Of a stretch of DNA of 64,000 bases, positions 10,525 through 18,999 are shown piece after piece. The translations under genes were made by a program, and so were the position numbers. How positions within the stretch are numbered: position 1 is the stretch's first letter; each line of letters begins with the position of its first letter. The notes under the pieces are model-generated. The model worked only from the letters and a program-made list of their open reading frames with translations. It had not been told where the DNA came from and searched no databases. The stretch comes from Candidatus Woesearchaeota archaeon (GTDB lineage Archaea; Nanobdellota; Nanobdellia; UBA10117; JABICX01), in contig JABHLG010000007.1 in the NCBI GenBank assembly GCA_018692915.1, positions 2,418 to 66,417 on the forward strand, read 5' to 3'.

Positions 10525-11868
10525 ATGGAGCTTTTTTCAATACCTGAATATGCAGTAAAGAAAGCACAAAGATTAGGTGCTAGCGATATTATTGTAGCTG
10601 CTGGGAGGTCAAATAGTAAACAAATAAAGTTTGTAGATAATGAAATTGCAGTTACAAAAAACTGGCAAGATGAAAGTGCAGGTGTTTTCTTAAATTATAA
10701 TAAACGCGTTGTTTCTGCAAATATCAAACAATTTACAAAACAAGAAGTTGATAGTACTTTGATTAAATTAGTAAAACTTGCAAAACTGCTTCCACCAAAA
10801 GAGGATTATTTTGGACTTGCAAAAGGTTTTTCTCAATATAAGAAAGTTGATGGTTTGTTTGATAAGAAGCTTGTTAATTTTAATAAAGGAACTGATTTTG
10901 TTCAAGCTGCAATTAATGCTGGTTTGAGCGCTGGCGCAAAGAGAGTAACAGGTGTTTTTGATACAACTTATGATGAAAGTTATGTTGTTTCATCAAACGG
11001 TCTAAATATGACTGATAAAGGTTCAGGAATTTCTATATCCGTTAGAGCTCTTGCGTCAAAGGAAGCTTCTGGACATAAGATGATACAAGCTAATGTTTTA
11101 CAAGGTTTTAATGCTGATAAACCAGGGTCTGAGGCGGGAAATATAGCTAAAAAAGGCCTAAATCCACAGCATATTAAGCCAGGTAAATATAATATTTTAT
11201 TCTCACCACTTCCTTTAGCAGACTTGCTTGGGTGTGTGGCGGGCGCATGTTCAATAGATGCACATGAGTCTGGTATGTCTTTTTTTAATAAATTAGGACA
11301 GAAAGTTGCATCTCCAAAGCTGACAATATATGATTGGGCAAATTTGCCATTTGGTGTTGATAGTTATGGTTTTGATGCAGAAGGAACTGCTGCTCAGAAA
11401 ACTACCTTAATTGATAAAGGCGCATTTAAGACATATTTACACAATTTTTCAACTGCTCAGAAATATAAAACTCAAACTACTGGAAATGCAGGATTAACTA
11501 GCCCAAGTCCAAGTAATACATATATTGTTCCGGGAAAATCAAGTCAGAAAGCGTTGATTGAAAAGATGAAAAAAGGTTTGATTGTTACAAATACATGGTA
11601 TACAACCTTCCAAAACTATCAAAAAGGAGACTTTTCAACAATTCCAAGAGATTCAATTTTCTATGTTGAAAATGGCAAGATAAAGTGCCCAGTTAAAGAC
11701 ATTAGAATTACAGATAATATAATTAATATTTTAAAATCAATTTCAGCTATTGGAAAAGACAGCGAGCAAGTTAGTAGCTGGGCAGCTGAACCACCTAGCT
11801 ATGGAAATAATATTATTACTCCATCTATCCTATGTAAAAATCTTAATGTAACTAAAAGCAGGAATTAA
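10525..11868 (+). CDS. pmbA: PmbA/TldE-family protein
   Basis: Non-catalytic TldE-like architecture (GTGNAG-type TQTTGNAGLTSPSPSNTYI), located near tldD. Confidence 0.88.
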   Translation: MELFSIPEYAVKKAQRLGASDIIVAAGRSNSKQIKFVDNEIAVTKNWQDESAGVFLNYNKRVVSANIKQFTKQEVDSTLIKLVKLAKLLPPKEDYFGLAKGFSQYKKVDGLFDKKLVNFNKGTDFVQAAINAGLSAGAKRVTGVFDTTYDESYVVSSNGLNMTDKGSGISISVRALASKEASGHKMIQANVLQGFNADKPGSEAGNIAKKGLNPQHIKPGKYNILFSPLPLADLLGCVAGACSIDAHESGMSFFNKLGQKVASPKLTIYDWANLPFGVDSYGFDAEGTAAQKTTLIDKGAFKTYLHNFSTAQKYKTQTTGNAGLTSPSPSNTYIVPGKSSQKALIEKMKKGLIVTNTWYTTFQNYQKGDFSTIPRDSIFYVENGKIKCPVKDIRITDNIINILKSISAIGKDSEQVSSWAAEPPSYGNNIITPSILCKNLNVTKSRN

Positions 11869-12585
11869 TTATACTTCTAAGAGTGTATTAAGTGGGAGAT
11901 TAAGATCATCGGTTGGTAAAGGAACGGATTTGCCACTCCACCATGCTTCAATGAATCGTTTAGAATACTCTGCCCCGGCAGTAGTTCCATCTAAATTATT
12001 ATTCAGTTCGTTACATCCTAACGCATATCTAAGTTCTCTAGTTAAGCCATATTCTTCAATTTGTGGTATAAGACTGGTTAAATCAATTTTCTTTAATGAT
12101 CGAATAGTTAGTTTTGTTCTTTCTTTTTCCCGTTGAGTTTTTATCAAATTTAGAGTTCTGTTCTCAAGACTTGGTAAATATAATTTAACCCCTTGGCTGG
12201 ACATTATTTCCTTATCAAAATCGGGTTCTATGAATGGAGGTACTGGTGATGTTAAAAGTAAATCAATAATCATATCTCCTTCTTTAATAATATCATAACC
12301 CATGACTTGATCGGCTCTTTCAAGATCACCATCAGAATTTATTACACCAACTCCTCGCTTTTCCTTAACTTCATAACCATTACTTCTTGCAATTTCTATA
12401 ATTTGGTTTATTTTATCAGCGTTAGGTCTAACATAAATATCCGTATCATTTCTTTTTCTATCTACAGAATCAAAAAAGAATAAATCTGCTTTGGAACCAA
12501 AAAGAGCTATATCTAGACACATACCTTTCTTTCCAAGTAAATCAATAAAGTTATAGAGCGGGCTAAGCTCAGCTTCATGTTCCAT
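11869..12585 (-). CDS. Nucleotidyltransferase-like hypothetical protein
   Basis: ALFGSKADLFF...DTDIYVR pattern. Confidence 0.45.
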   Translation of the reverse strand: MEHEAELSPLYNFIDLLGKKGMCLDIALFGSKADLFFFDSVDRKRNDTDIYVRPNADKINQIIEIARSNGYEVKEKRGVGVINSDGDLERADQVMGYDIIKEGDMIIDLLLTSPVPPFIEPDFDKEIMSSQGVKLYLPSLENRTLNLIKTQREKERTKLTIRSLKKIDLTSLIPQIEEYGLTRELRYALGCNELNNNLDGTTAGAEYSKRFIEAWWSGKSVPLPTDDLNLPLNTLLEV

Positions 12586-12668
12586 ATCACTTATGAGTGG
12601 AAATTACTATTTAAAAGAGTATGTTTTTGATAAGAAATCCTTAATAATAAGTGTAGCTTTTATTATAT

Positions 12669-13982
12669 ATGTTTAGACGTAAAGCAAAGAAACCAAAGCT
12701 GAAAAGAGAGCTAGGAATTCTAGAAGCAACTTTTGCAGGAACAGGAATTATATTAGGAGCAGGTATTTATGCACTTATTGGAGAAGCTGCGGGAATTGCA
12801 GGAAATTCTGTATGGGTATCTTTCTTGATAGCAGCTCTTGTTGCAGCACTTACGGGTTTATCTTATGCTGAGCTTTCATCCATGTATCCAAAAGATTCTG
12901 GCGAGGCAGAGTATGCAGAAAAAGCATACAACAAACGAATAGGGTTCTTGCTTGCATGGCTTATAATTTTTGAGGGAGTTGTATCTGCAGCCGCAGTAGC
13001 TCTTGGATTTGGTGGTTATCTTGCAGGATTAATTTCAAATTATGTTTCACTTCCTATTGTGATGGGTGCAATTATATGTATTGTGTTATTTTCTTTTATG
13101 AACTTTTGGGGAATTAAAGAAAGTTCGCAGTTTAATATTGTTAGTACCTTAATTGAAGGTGGTGGTTTAATACTTATTACTATTTTAGGAATATCTTATT
13201 TTGGAAATGTTGATTATTTTGAAATGGCTAATGGCTTTGGTGGAGTTGTATCTTCCGCAGCACTAATCTTTTTTGCATTTATTGGGTTTGAAGCAATTGT
13301 AAAACTTTCAGAAGAAACTAAAAATGCCGCAAAAATTATTCCTCGAGCTTTAATGTATTCCATCGGAATTTCAACAGTTCTTTATGTTCTTGTTGCAATC
13401 TCGTCTGTTTCAATTCTTGGTTGGCAAGCTTTGGCAGCAAGTAGCGCACCTTTGGCAGATGTTGCAGCAGCAGTGTTGGGTAGTAAGGCATTCTTACTAT
13501 TAGCAGTAATTGCTTTGTTTTCAACAGCGAACACAGTTCTTATGATTCTTGTAACAACTGCTCGAATGTTATATGGTATTGGTGGTAAGTTCAAGAAAAT
13601 TAAATTCATGTCTGTAATTCATAAGAAGCGTAGAACGCCATATCTTGCAGTTATATTTTGTATGATTGTAGCAATTGCATTTGCTTGTATTGGTGATATT
13701 AAGATTGTTGCAGAAGTTACAAACTTTGCAATATTTTCAACTTTTATTTTAATTAATGGTGCACTTATCTTACTAAGAAAGAAAGCTCCAAAACAAAAAC
13801 GACCATTTAAAGTTCCATTTAGTGTTGGATGGTTTAATGTTCCGGCATTTGTAGGTATTTTAGTTACAACCGGACTACTTCTGTATGTTAGCAGAGATTT
13901 GAGAGTTTATATTGGTGGTGGAGTTCTAATCCTTATGGGATTAATTACATATACATTTTTAGAAAATAAAAATAGTAAATAA
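12669..13982 (+). CDS. APC-superfamily amino acid permease
   Basis: LEATFAGTGIILGAGIYALIGEAAG, about 12 TM segments. Confidence 0.92.
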   Translation: MFRRKAKKPKLKRELGILEATFAGTGIILGAGIYALIGEAAGIAGNSVWVSFLIAALVAALTGLSYAELSSMYPKDSGEAEYAEKAYNKRIGFLLAWLIIFEGVVSAAAVALGFGGYLAGLISNYVSLPIVMGAIICIVLFSFMNFWGIKESSQFNIVSTLIEGGGLILITILGISYFGNVDYFEMANGFGGVVSSAALIFFAFIGFEAIVKLSEETKNAAKIIPRALMYSIGISTVLYVLVAISSVSILGWQALAASSAPLADVAAAVLGSKAFLLLAVIALFSTANTVLMILVTTARMLYGIGGKFKKIKFMSVIHKKRRTPYLAVIFCMIVAIAFACIGDIKIVAEVTNFAIFSTFILINGALILLRKKAPKQKRPFKVPFSVGWFNVPAFVGILVTTGLLLYVSRDLRVYIGGGVLILMGLITYTFLENKNSK

Positions 13983-13986
13983 TTAA

Positions 13987-14874
13987 TTATTTTAGTAATA
14001 AATATAGAATAGCTTTTTGGACATGTAATCTGTTTTCAGCTTGGTCAAAAACTATAGAATGTTTTCCATCTAGAACACTATCAGTTATTTCTTCTCCACG
14101 ATGCGCAGGTAAGCAGTGCATAATTCTAACTTGTGGGTGTGCATAACTCAAAAGTTTTGCATTAACTTGATAGCCAACAAGTCTGCGCTTTCTTTCAACT
14201 TTTTGTTTTTCTTGCCCCATTGAAATCCACGTGTCAGTGTAAATAACATCTGCGTTTTTTACTGCTTGTTTTGCATTGTCTGTAACAGTTGCATGATGAT
14301 GTGTTCGTTTTAGAATTTCAGCGTCTGGTGGATAATATCTAGGAGTTGCAACTGTGATTTTAACACCCAGTTTGTAACATGCTTGTATTAATGAACTACA
14401 AACATTATCAGAACCATCTCCAACAAAAACCAAGTGAATTCCCTTTAGTTTTCCAAACTCTTTTTTGACAGTGTATAAATCAGTAAGTGCTTGACAAGGA
14501 TGATTAAAATCAGTTAATCCATTAATTATTGGAATGCTTGAGTGTTTTGCTAATTCTAGTAAATCTTCATGAGAATATAATCTTGCAATAACTGCATTTA
14601 AATAGCGAGATAATGTTTTAGATGTATCTGATATTGCTTCTCTACCTGAGAATACTTGCATTTTTGCACCAGATAAATCAAGTGCGTGTCCACCTAATTG
14701 AACCATGCCAACTTCAAATGAAACACGCGTTCGAGTAGATGGCTTTGCAAATAAAAGTCCAATTGTTTTTTGTTTGAGTAAATTAGTTTTTTTGTTTCGG
14801 AGTTTGTCAGTTAGCTTGAAGATTTGTTCTATTTCTTTTTTACTTAAATCGTTAATATCTAGTAGATGCTTCAT
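13987..14874 (-). CDS. argF: Ornithine carbamoyltransferase
   Basis: FAKPSTRTRVSFE, DGLTDFNHPCQALTD, MHCLPAHRGEEI. Confidence 0.95.
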   Translation of the reverse strand: MKHLLDINDLSKKEIEQIFKLTDKLRNKKTNLLKQKTIGLLFAKPSTRTRVSFEVGMVQLGGHALDLSGAKMQVFSGREAISDTSKTLSRYLNAVIARLYSHEDLLELAKHSSIPIINGLTDFNHPCQALTDLYTVKKEFGKLKGIHLVFVGDGSDNVCSSLIQACYKLGVKITVATPRYYPPDAEILKRTHHHATVTDNAKQAVKNADVIYTDTWISMGQEKQKVERKRRLVGYQVNAKLLSYAHPQVRIMHCLPAHRGEEITDSVLDGKHSIVFDQAENRLHVQKAILYLLLK

Positions 14875-14889
14875 TTTCTTTCACCCCTG

Positions 14890-14983
14890 TAACGCACGGA
14901 GTCGCTGACGATATACAATCGAATCAGAGATTCGATGTTCCGCAAATCTTTGATTTGTCGGTAACCTTTGTCAGCTCCTGTCC
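14890..14983 (-). repeat. Palindromic element family 1, copy B, with extra nested hairpins
   Basis: GGACAGGAGCTGACAAAGGTTACC...TATATCGTCAGCGACTCCGTGCGTTA; stem GCTGAC/GTCAGC with nested CAAATC/GATTTG and CGAATC/GATTCG hairpins. Confidence 0.7.
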
Positions 14984-14998
14984 TTATTTGTGAAAGTT

Positions 14999-15889
14999 TC
15001 ATTTTATTACTGTCCCTGCTTTACTTTGTAAAGCATATTCTGCTTTGTCAATTGAAGTTATAATCGTTTCTTTGTTGAATTTAATTGCAGCTTGAACTTT
15101 TGGTCCCATTGAACCATTAGGGAATTGTCCTTCTGCTAAAAGTGCTCTGGCTTTAGATATACTTACTTCTTTTAATTTTTTCTGGTCAGGATTATTGTAA
15201 TTAATATAAACTGAATCTACATCAGTTAATATTAAAAGCAAATCTGCTTTCAAATCTTTTGCAAGTAATGCAGCAGTATTGTCTTTATCAATTACAGCTC
15301 TAACTCCTTTTAGTTTCCCTTTTTCTTTAATTACAGGAATTCCTCCACCACCACAGCAAATTACAATTGAATCTTCAGCTAGTTTCTCAATTTGTTTAAG
15401 TTCAATAATTTTTTTTGCATCTGGACTTGGAACAACTCGCCTGTATCCTTTTCCTTCAATTAATTTTAATCTATATTTACCTTTGAATTTTAGTGATTGT
15501 TGCTTTGAATAAAATGGACCAATAGGTTTTTCAGGATTACTAAATGCCGAATCTTCATGGTCAACAAGAACACGTGTTACAATTGTGCAAACTTTCTTTT
15601 TAGTTTCATTTTGAATTGCTTGTTGTAACATATAACCTATCTGCGCTTGTGATTCTGCACCGCAAACATCAAGAGGCATTTCAGTTTTTGGAAACGCTTC
15701 GTTTTGTATTAAAATACTTCCAACTTGTGGACCATTACCATGTGTAATAATTAATTTGTAACCTTTTCTTATTAAATCTCCAATAACTTCTGCTGTTTTC
15801 TTAACTTGCTCTTCTTGTTCTTTGTAACTAAAGTCCTTTCTAGTTGTTAGGGCATTTCCACCTAGAGCTACAACTATCTTCTTACTCAT
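14999..15889 (-). CDS. arcC: Carbamate kinase
   Basis: VVALGGNALTT, ITHGNGPQVG, CCGGGGIPV, VIDKD. Confidence 0.95.
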   Translation of the reverse strand: MSKKIVVALGGNALTTRKDFSYKEQEEQVKKTAEVIGDLIRKGYKLIITHGNGPQVGSILIQNEAFPKTEMPLDVCGAESQAQIGYMLQQAIQNETKKKVCTIVTRVLVDHEDSAFSNPEKPIGPFYSKQQSLKFKGKYRLKLIEGKGYRRVVPSPDAKKIIELKQIEKLAEDSIVICCGGGGIPVIKEKGKLKGVRAVIDKDNTAALLAKDLKADLLLILTDVDSVYINYNNPDQKKLKEVSISKARALLAEGQFPNGSMGPKVQAAIKFNKETIITSIDKAEYALQSKAGTVIK

Positions 15890-16022
15890 AATTTAATTAT
15901 ATGCTCAACTATATATAATTTTTCTTAGAGAAATTCTACTAGCTAATCTTTGATTAGATTAGTAATTGTTTTTGTCGAAATGAATATGAAAACTCTTTAA
16001 AATCTTACTAATTATCTAAAAT

Positions 16023-16724
16023 ATGGTGAAGATAAAAGCAATATTCTTAGATGTAGATAATACATTATTAGATTTTAATAAGATGAAAAAACTTTGTGTT
16101 AAATCTGCAGTTGATGCTATGCTTGATGCCGGTCTTGATATGCCACGTAAAAAAGCCATAGCACAAGTTTTTGATGTATATGATGCTGAAGGCATTGAGT
16201 ATAAAAATGTTCTACAAGATTTTCTTAAAAAAGCTTTAGGAAAAATTGATTATAAAATATTAGCTAAGGGAGTTATTGCTTATCGTAAAATGCGAGATGG
16301 GGTTTTGATGCCATACCCTGAAGTTAAATCTACAATTATTAAATTAAAGAAAAAAGGATTTAAAATTGCAATTTTAAGTGATGCACCAAGTTATCCTTTA
16401 TGGATGCGTCTTTGTGCTACAGGAATAGATGATTTATCTGATGTAGTTGTTAGTGCAGAAGATGTTGGCGCTGAGAAACCAAATCCTAAAATATTTGAAT
16501 ATGCTATGAAGAAATTAAAAGTTAAACAGGAAGAATGTCTAATGGTTGGGGATATGCCTGGACGAGATATTAAGGGCGCTAAAGACCTCTCAATAAAATC
16601 TGTTTTAGTTATGTATGGAAGTGGAAACATAAGTAAGAATTATGTAAAAGATATGTCTATTAAACCTGATTTCAAAATTAATTATTTTAGAGAATTGATT
16701 CCTTTGATTAGTAAGTTAAATTAA
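16023..16724 (+). CDS. HAD-superfamily hydrolase
   Basis: IFLDVDNTLLDF, EKPNPKIFEYA, MVGDMPGRDIKGAK. Confidence 0.9.
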   Translation: MVKIKAIFLDVDNTLLDFNKMKKLCVKSAVDAMLDAGLDMPRKKAIAQVFDVYDAEGIEYKNVLQDFLKKALGKIDYKILAKGVIAYRKMRDGVLMPYPEVKSTIIKLKKKGFKIAILSDAPSYPLWMRLCATGIDDLSDVVVSAEDVGAEKPNPKIFEYAMKKLKVKQEECLMVGDMPGRDIKGAKDLSIKSVLVMYGSGNISKNYVKDMSIKPDFKINYFRELIPLISKLN

Positions 16725-16767
16725 TAATTAATCACCAAGTTTTTATATAACCCAGAATATAATAATA

Positions 16768-17196
16768 ATGCATCCAGATGATAAATTAATAACTGCATGT
16801 CTTTTAATATTTATACTACTCGGAACTGGAACTATTGCATATCATCAATTAGAGAACTGGTCTTATGTTGATTCTCTTTATTTTACTTCTATGACAGTTA
16901 CAACAGTAGGTTATGGAGATTTTGTCCCTAGCACAGATATGTCAAAATTATTTACTGTGTTCTTTTCATTTGCAGGAATATCTATAGCATTAGTTATTCT
17001 TGTTACAATTGGTGGTGAGTATTATACAAAAGAACGCCGTATGGTAAGTTATAAATTAAAAACTTATTTGGATTCTAGAAAAAAACAAAAAACAATTGCA
17101 AAAAGAAAAAGAACAATGGAAGCTAAAAGACAAAGACTTCAATTATCTAAACGACAACGTTTATCTAGATGGATAAAACGAAAAAGGAAAAAGTAA
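16768..17196 (+). CDS. Two-TM potassium channel with a basic C-terminal tail
   Basis: SLYFTSMTVTTVGYGDFVP selectivity filter. Confidence 0.9.
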   Translation: MHPDDKLITACLLIFILLGTGTIAYHQLENWSYVDSLYFTSMTVTTVGYGDFVPSTDMSKLFTVFFSFAGISIALVILVTIGGEYYTKERRMVSYKLKTYLDSRKKQKTIAKRKRTMEAKRQRLQLSKRQRLSRWIKRKRKK

Positions 17197-17538
17197 TTAA
17201 TAAAGAATTCTACCTGAATTATCATCTTTTATATATCTATATACTTTTACTTCTCCGTCATCATTTACCCAATGTCCATTACCATGTTCTTTATAATGAG
17301 CATACATTTGATCTACCCCATCTCTAATTTTCTGAATATCTGATTCAGAGAAATCTGTTTTATCAAGTAGTTCTTTTAATTTACCTTCATTTTCAAAATT
17401 ACTTGAATTAGTAAGTTTAAGTTGTAAACCATTAACTTCAAATAATACTCTATGTCTAACCAAACCTTTTTCTGCATGTTTTTCTTTGATAACATCTAAC
17501 CATTTGTTAATATTATCTTTAATTTCTATACTTGCCAT
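17197..17538 (-). CDS. Hypothetical protein
   Basis: Intact ORF within tightly packed neighbours. Confidence 0.55.
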   Translation of the reverse strand: MASIEIKDNINKWLDVIKEKHAEKGLVRHRVLFEVNGLQLKLTNSSNFENEGKLKELLDKTDFSESDIQKIRDGVDQMYAHYKEHGNGHWVNDDGEVKVYRYIKDDNSGRILY

Positions 17539-17574
17539 TTATTTACTACTACTAAAAACTTAAAAACCTTATCT

Positions 17575-18882
17575 TTAAACGACTTGTTTGATTATTTTTG
17601 GAAGTTTATTAGAAATATCTTTGAAATCGTAATGTACTCTAACTGCTGGCTTGTTCATTTTAATTAGTTTTTCTAAATGAATTGGAGTTCCAATAATAAC
17701 TACATCTGCAGGAGTTGCATTGATTGTTGCTTGAAGTTCTGATAGTTGCTTTGGTGAGTAACCTTCTGCAGGTAAAACATTTGAAAGTTGTTTAAAGTGG
17801 TTGAAAACATCTTTAATTGAACCTTTTGCGTAAGGTCGCGGGTCAATTAACTTACATCCATAGCGCTTTGCAGCAATTGCACCAGCACCATAACTCATTC
17901 CACCATGTGTTAAAGTTGGCCCGTCTTCAACAACAAGAACTCGTTTTCCCTTAATTATCTGTGGATTGTCAACAGTGATTATAGATGCACCATCAACAAC
18001 TGTTGCTTTAGGATTAAATTTCTTTATATTTTCTTTTACTAAACGAATATTTGTTGGCTTTGCAGTATTTTCTTTATTTACAAGTGCAACATTCGCCATC
18101 ATCATGTTAGCTTGGCCAGGATAATATTTAATTTCATGACCTGGTCTGTGTGGGTCAACAAGAGTAATTAGCAAATCTGTTTTGTAAAATGAGAAATCAT
18201 TATTTCCTCCATCCCAAAGAATTACATCAGCTTCTTTCTCAGCACGTCTTAATATTTCACCATAATCAACACCAGCGTAAAGAATCTCTCCTCGCTGAAT
18301 ATGTGGTTCATATTCCTCACGTTCTTCAATTGTGCAGTCATATTTCTTTAAGTCATTATAAGTTTCATACCGTTGCCAGACTTGTTTTTTTAGAACACCA
18401 TAAGGCATTGGATGTCTAATAACAACGTATTTCTTTCCAAGTTTTTTTAGAACTTCGCCAACATATCTTGTTACTTGCGATTTACCAACACCTGTTCGAA
18501 CTGCGCAAATAGATATAACTGGTTTTTTAGATTTGATTTGCGTATCTTTAGGTCCAAGTAAAATAAAGCTAGCACCTGTAGATAAAACAAACTCTGCTTT
18601 TTGCATAACATAATCATGGCTTAAGTCAGAATAAGCAAGAACAACTTCATCAACATCGAATTTTTTGATTAGTTCTTTAATTTGTTCTTCATCATAAATT
18701 GGAATTCCTTGTGGGTAAAGTCTACCAGATAAAACTGGAGGATATTTTCTACCTGCGATTCCAAATATCTGTGTAGCTGTAAATGCAACAACTTCGTATT
18801 TTGGATTGTTACGAAAATAAAAATTAAAGTTGTGGAAGTCCCTTCCAGCAGCCCCCATAATAATTACTTTCCGACGTTGCAT
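17575..18882 (-). CDS. Cyclic 2,3-diphosphoglycerate synthetase-like GTPase family protein
   Basis: VIIMGAAGRDFHNFNFYFR, CAVRTGVGKSQVTR, VEDGPTLTHGGM. Confidence 0.85.
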   Translation of the reverse strand: MQRRKVIIMGAAGRDFHNFNFYFRNNPKYEVVAFTATQIFGIAGRKYPPVLSGRLYPQGIPIYDEEQIKELIKKFDVDEVVLAYSDLSHDYVMQKAEFVLSTGASFILLGPKDTQIKSKKPVISICAVRTGVGKSQVTRYVGEVLKKLGKKYVVIRHPMPYGVLKKQVWQRYETYNDLKKYDCTIEEREEYEPHIQRGEILYAGVDYGEILRRAEKEADVILWDGGNNDFSFYKTDLLITLVDPHRPGHEIKYYPGQANMMMANVALVNKENTAKPTNIRLVKENIKKFNPKATVVDGASIITVDNPQIIKGKRVLVVEDGPTLTHGGMSYGAGAIAAKRYGCKLIDPRPYAKGSIKDVFNHFKQLSNVLPAEGYSPKQLSELQATINATPADVVIIGTPIHLEKLIKMNKPAVRVHYDFKDISNKLPKIIKQVV

Positions 18883-18944
18883 ATATAGTAAAGTAAATAG
18901 TTTGATAAAAAGTTAACTATATTCTAGACTATACAATATTAACT

Positions 18945-18993
18945 TATATAGAGGAGTAAACAATTAGTATCTGTATAGAGGAGTAAACAATAG
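18945..18993 (+). repeat. Two direct copies of TATAGAGGAGTAAACAAT; a related copy at 2192-2212
   Basis: TATATAGAGGAGTAAACAATTAGTATCTGTATAGAGGAGTAAACAATAG. Confidence 0.7.
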
Positions 18994-18999
18994 TTATAT

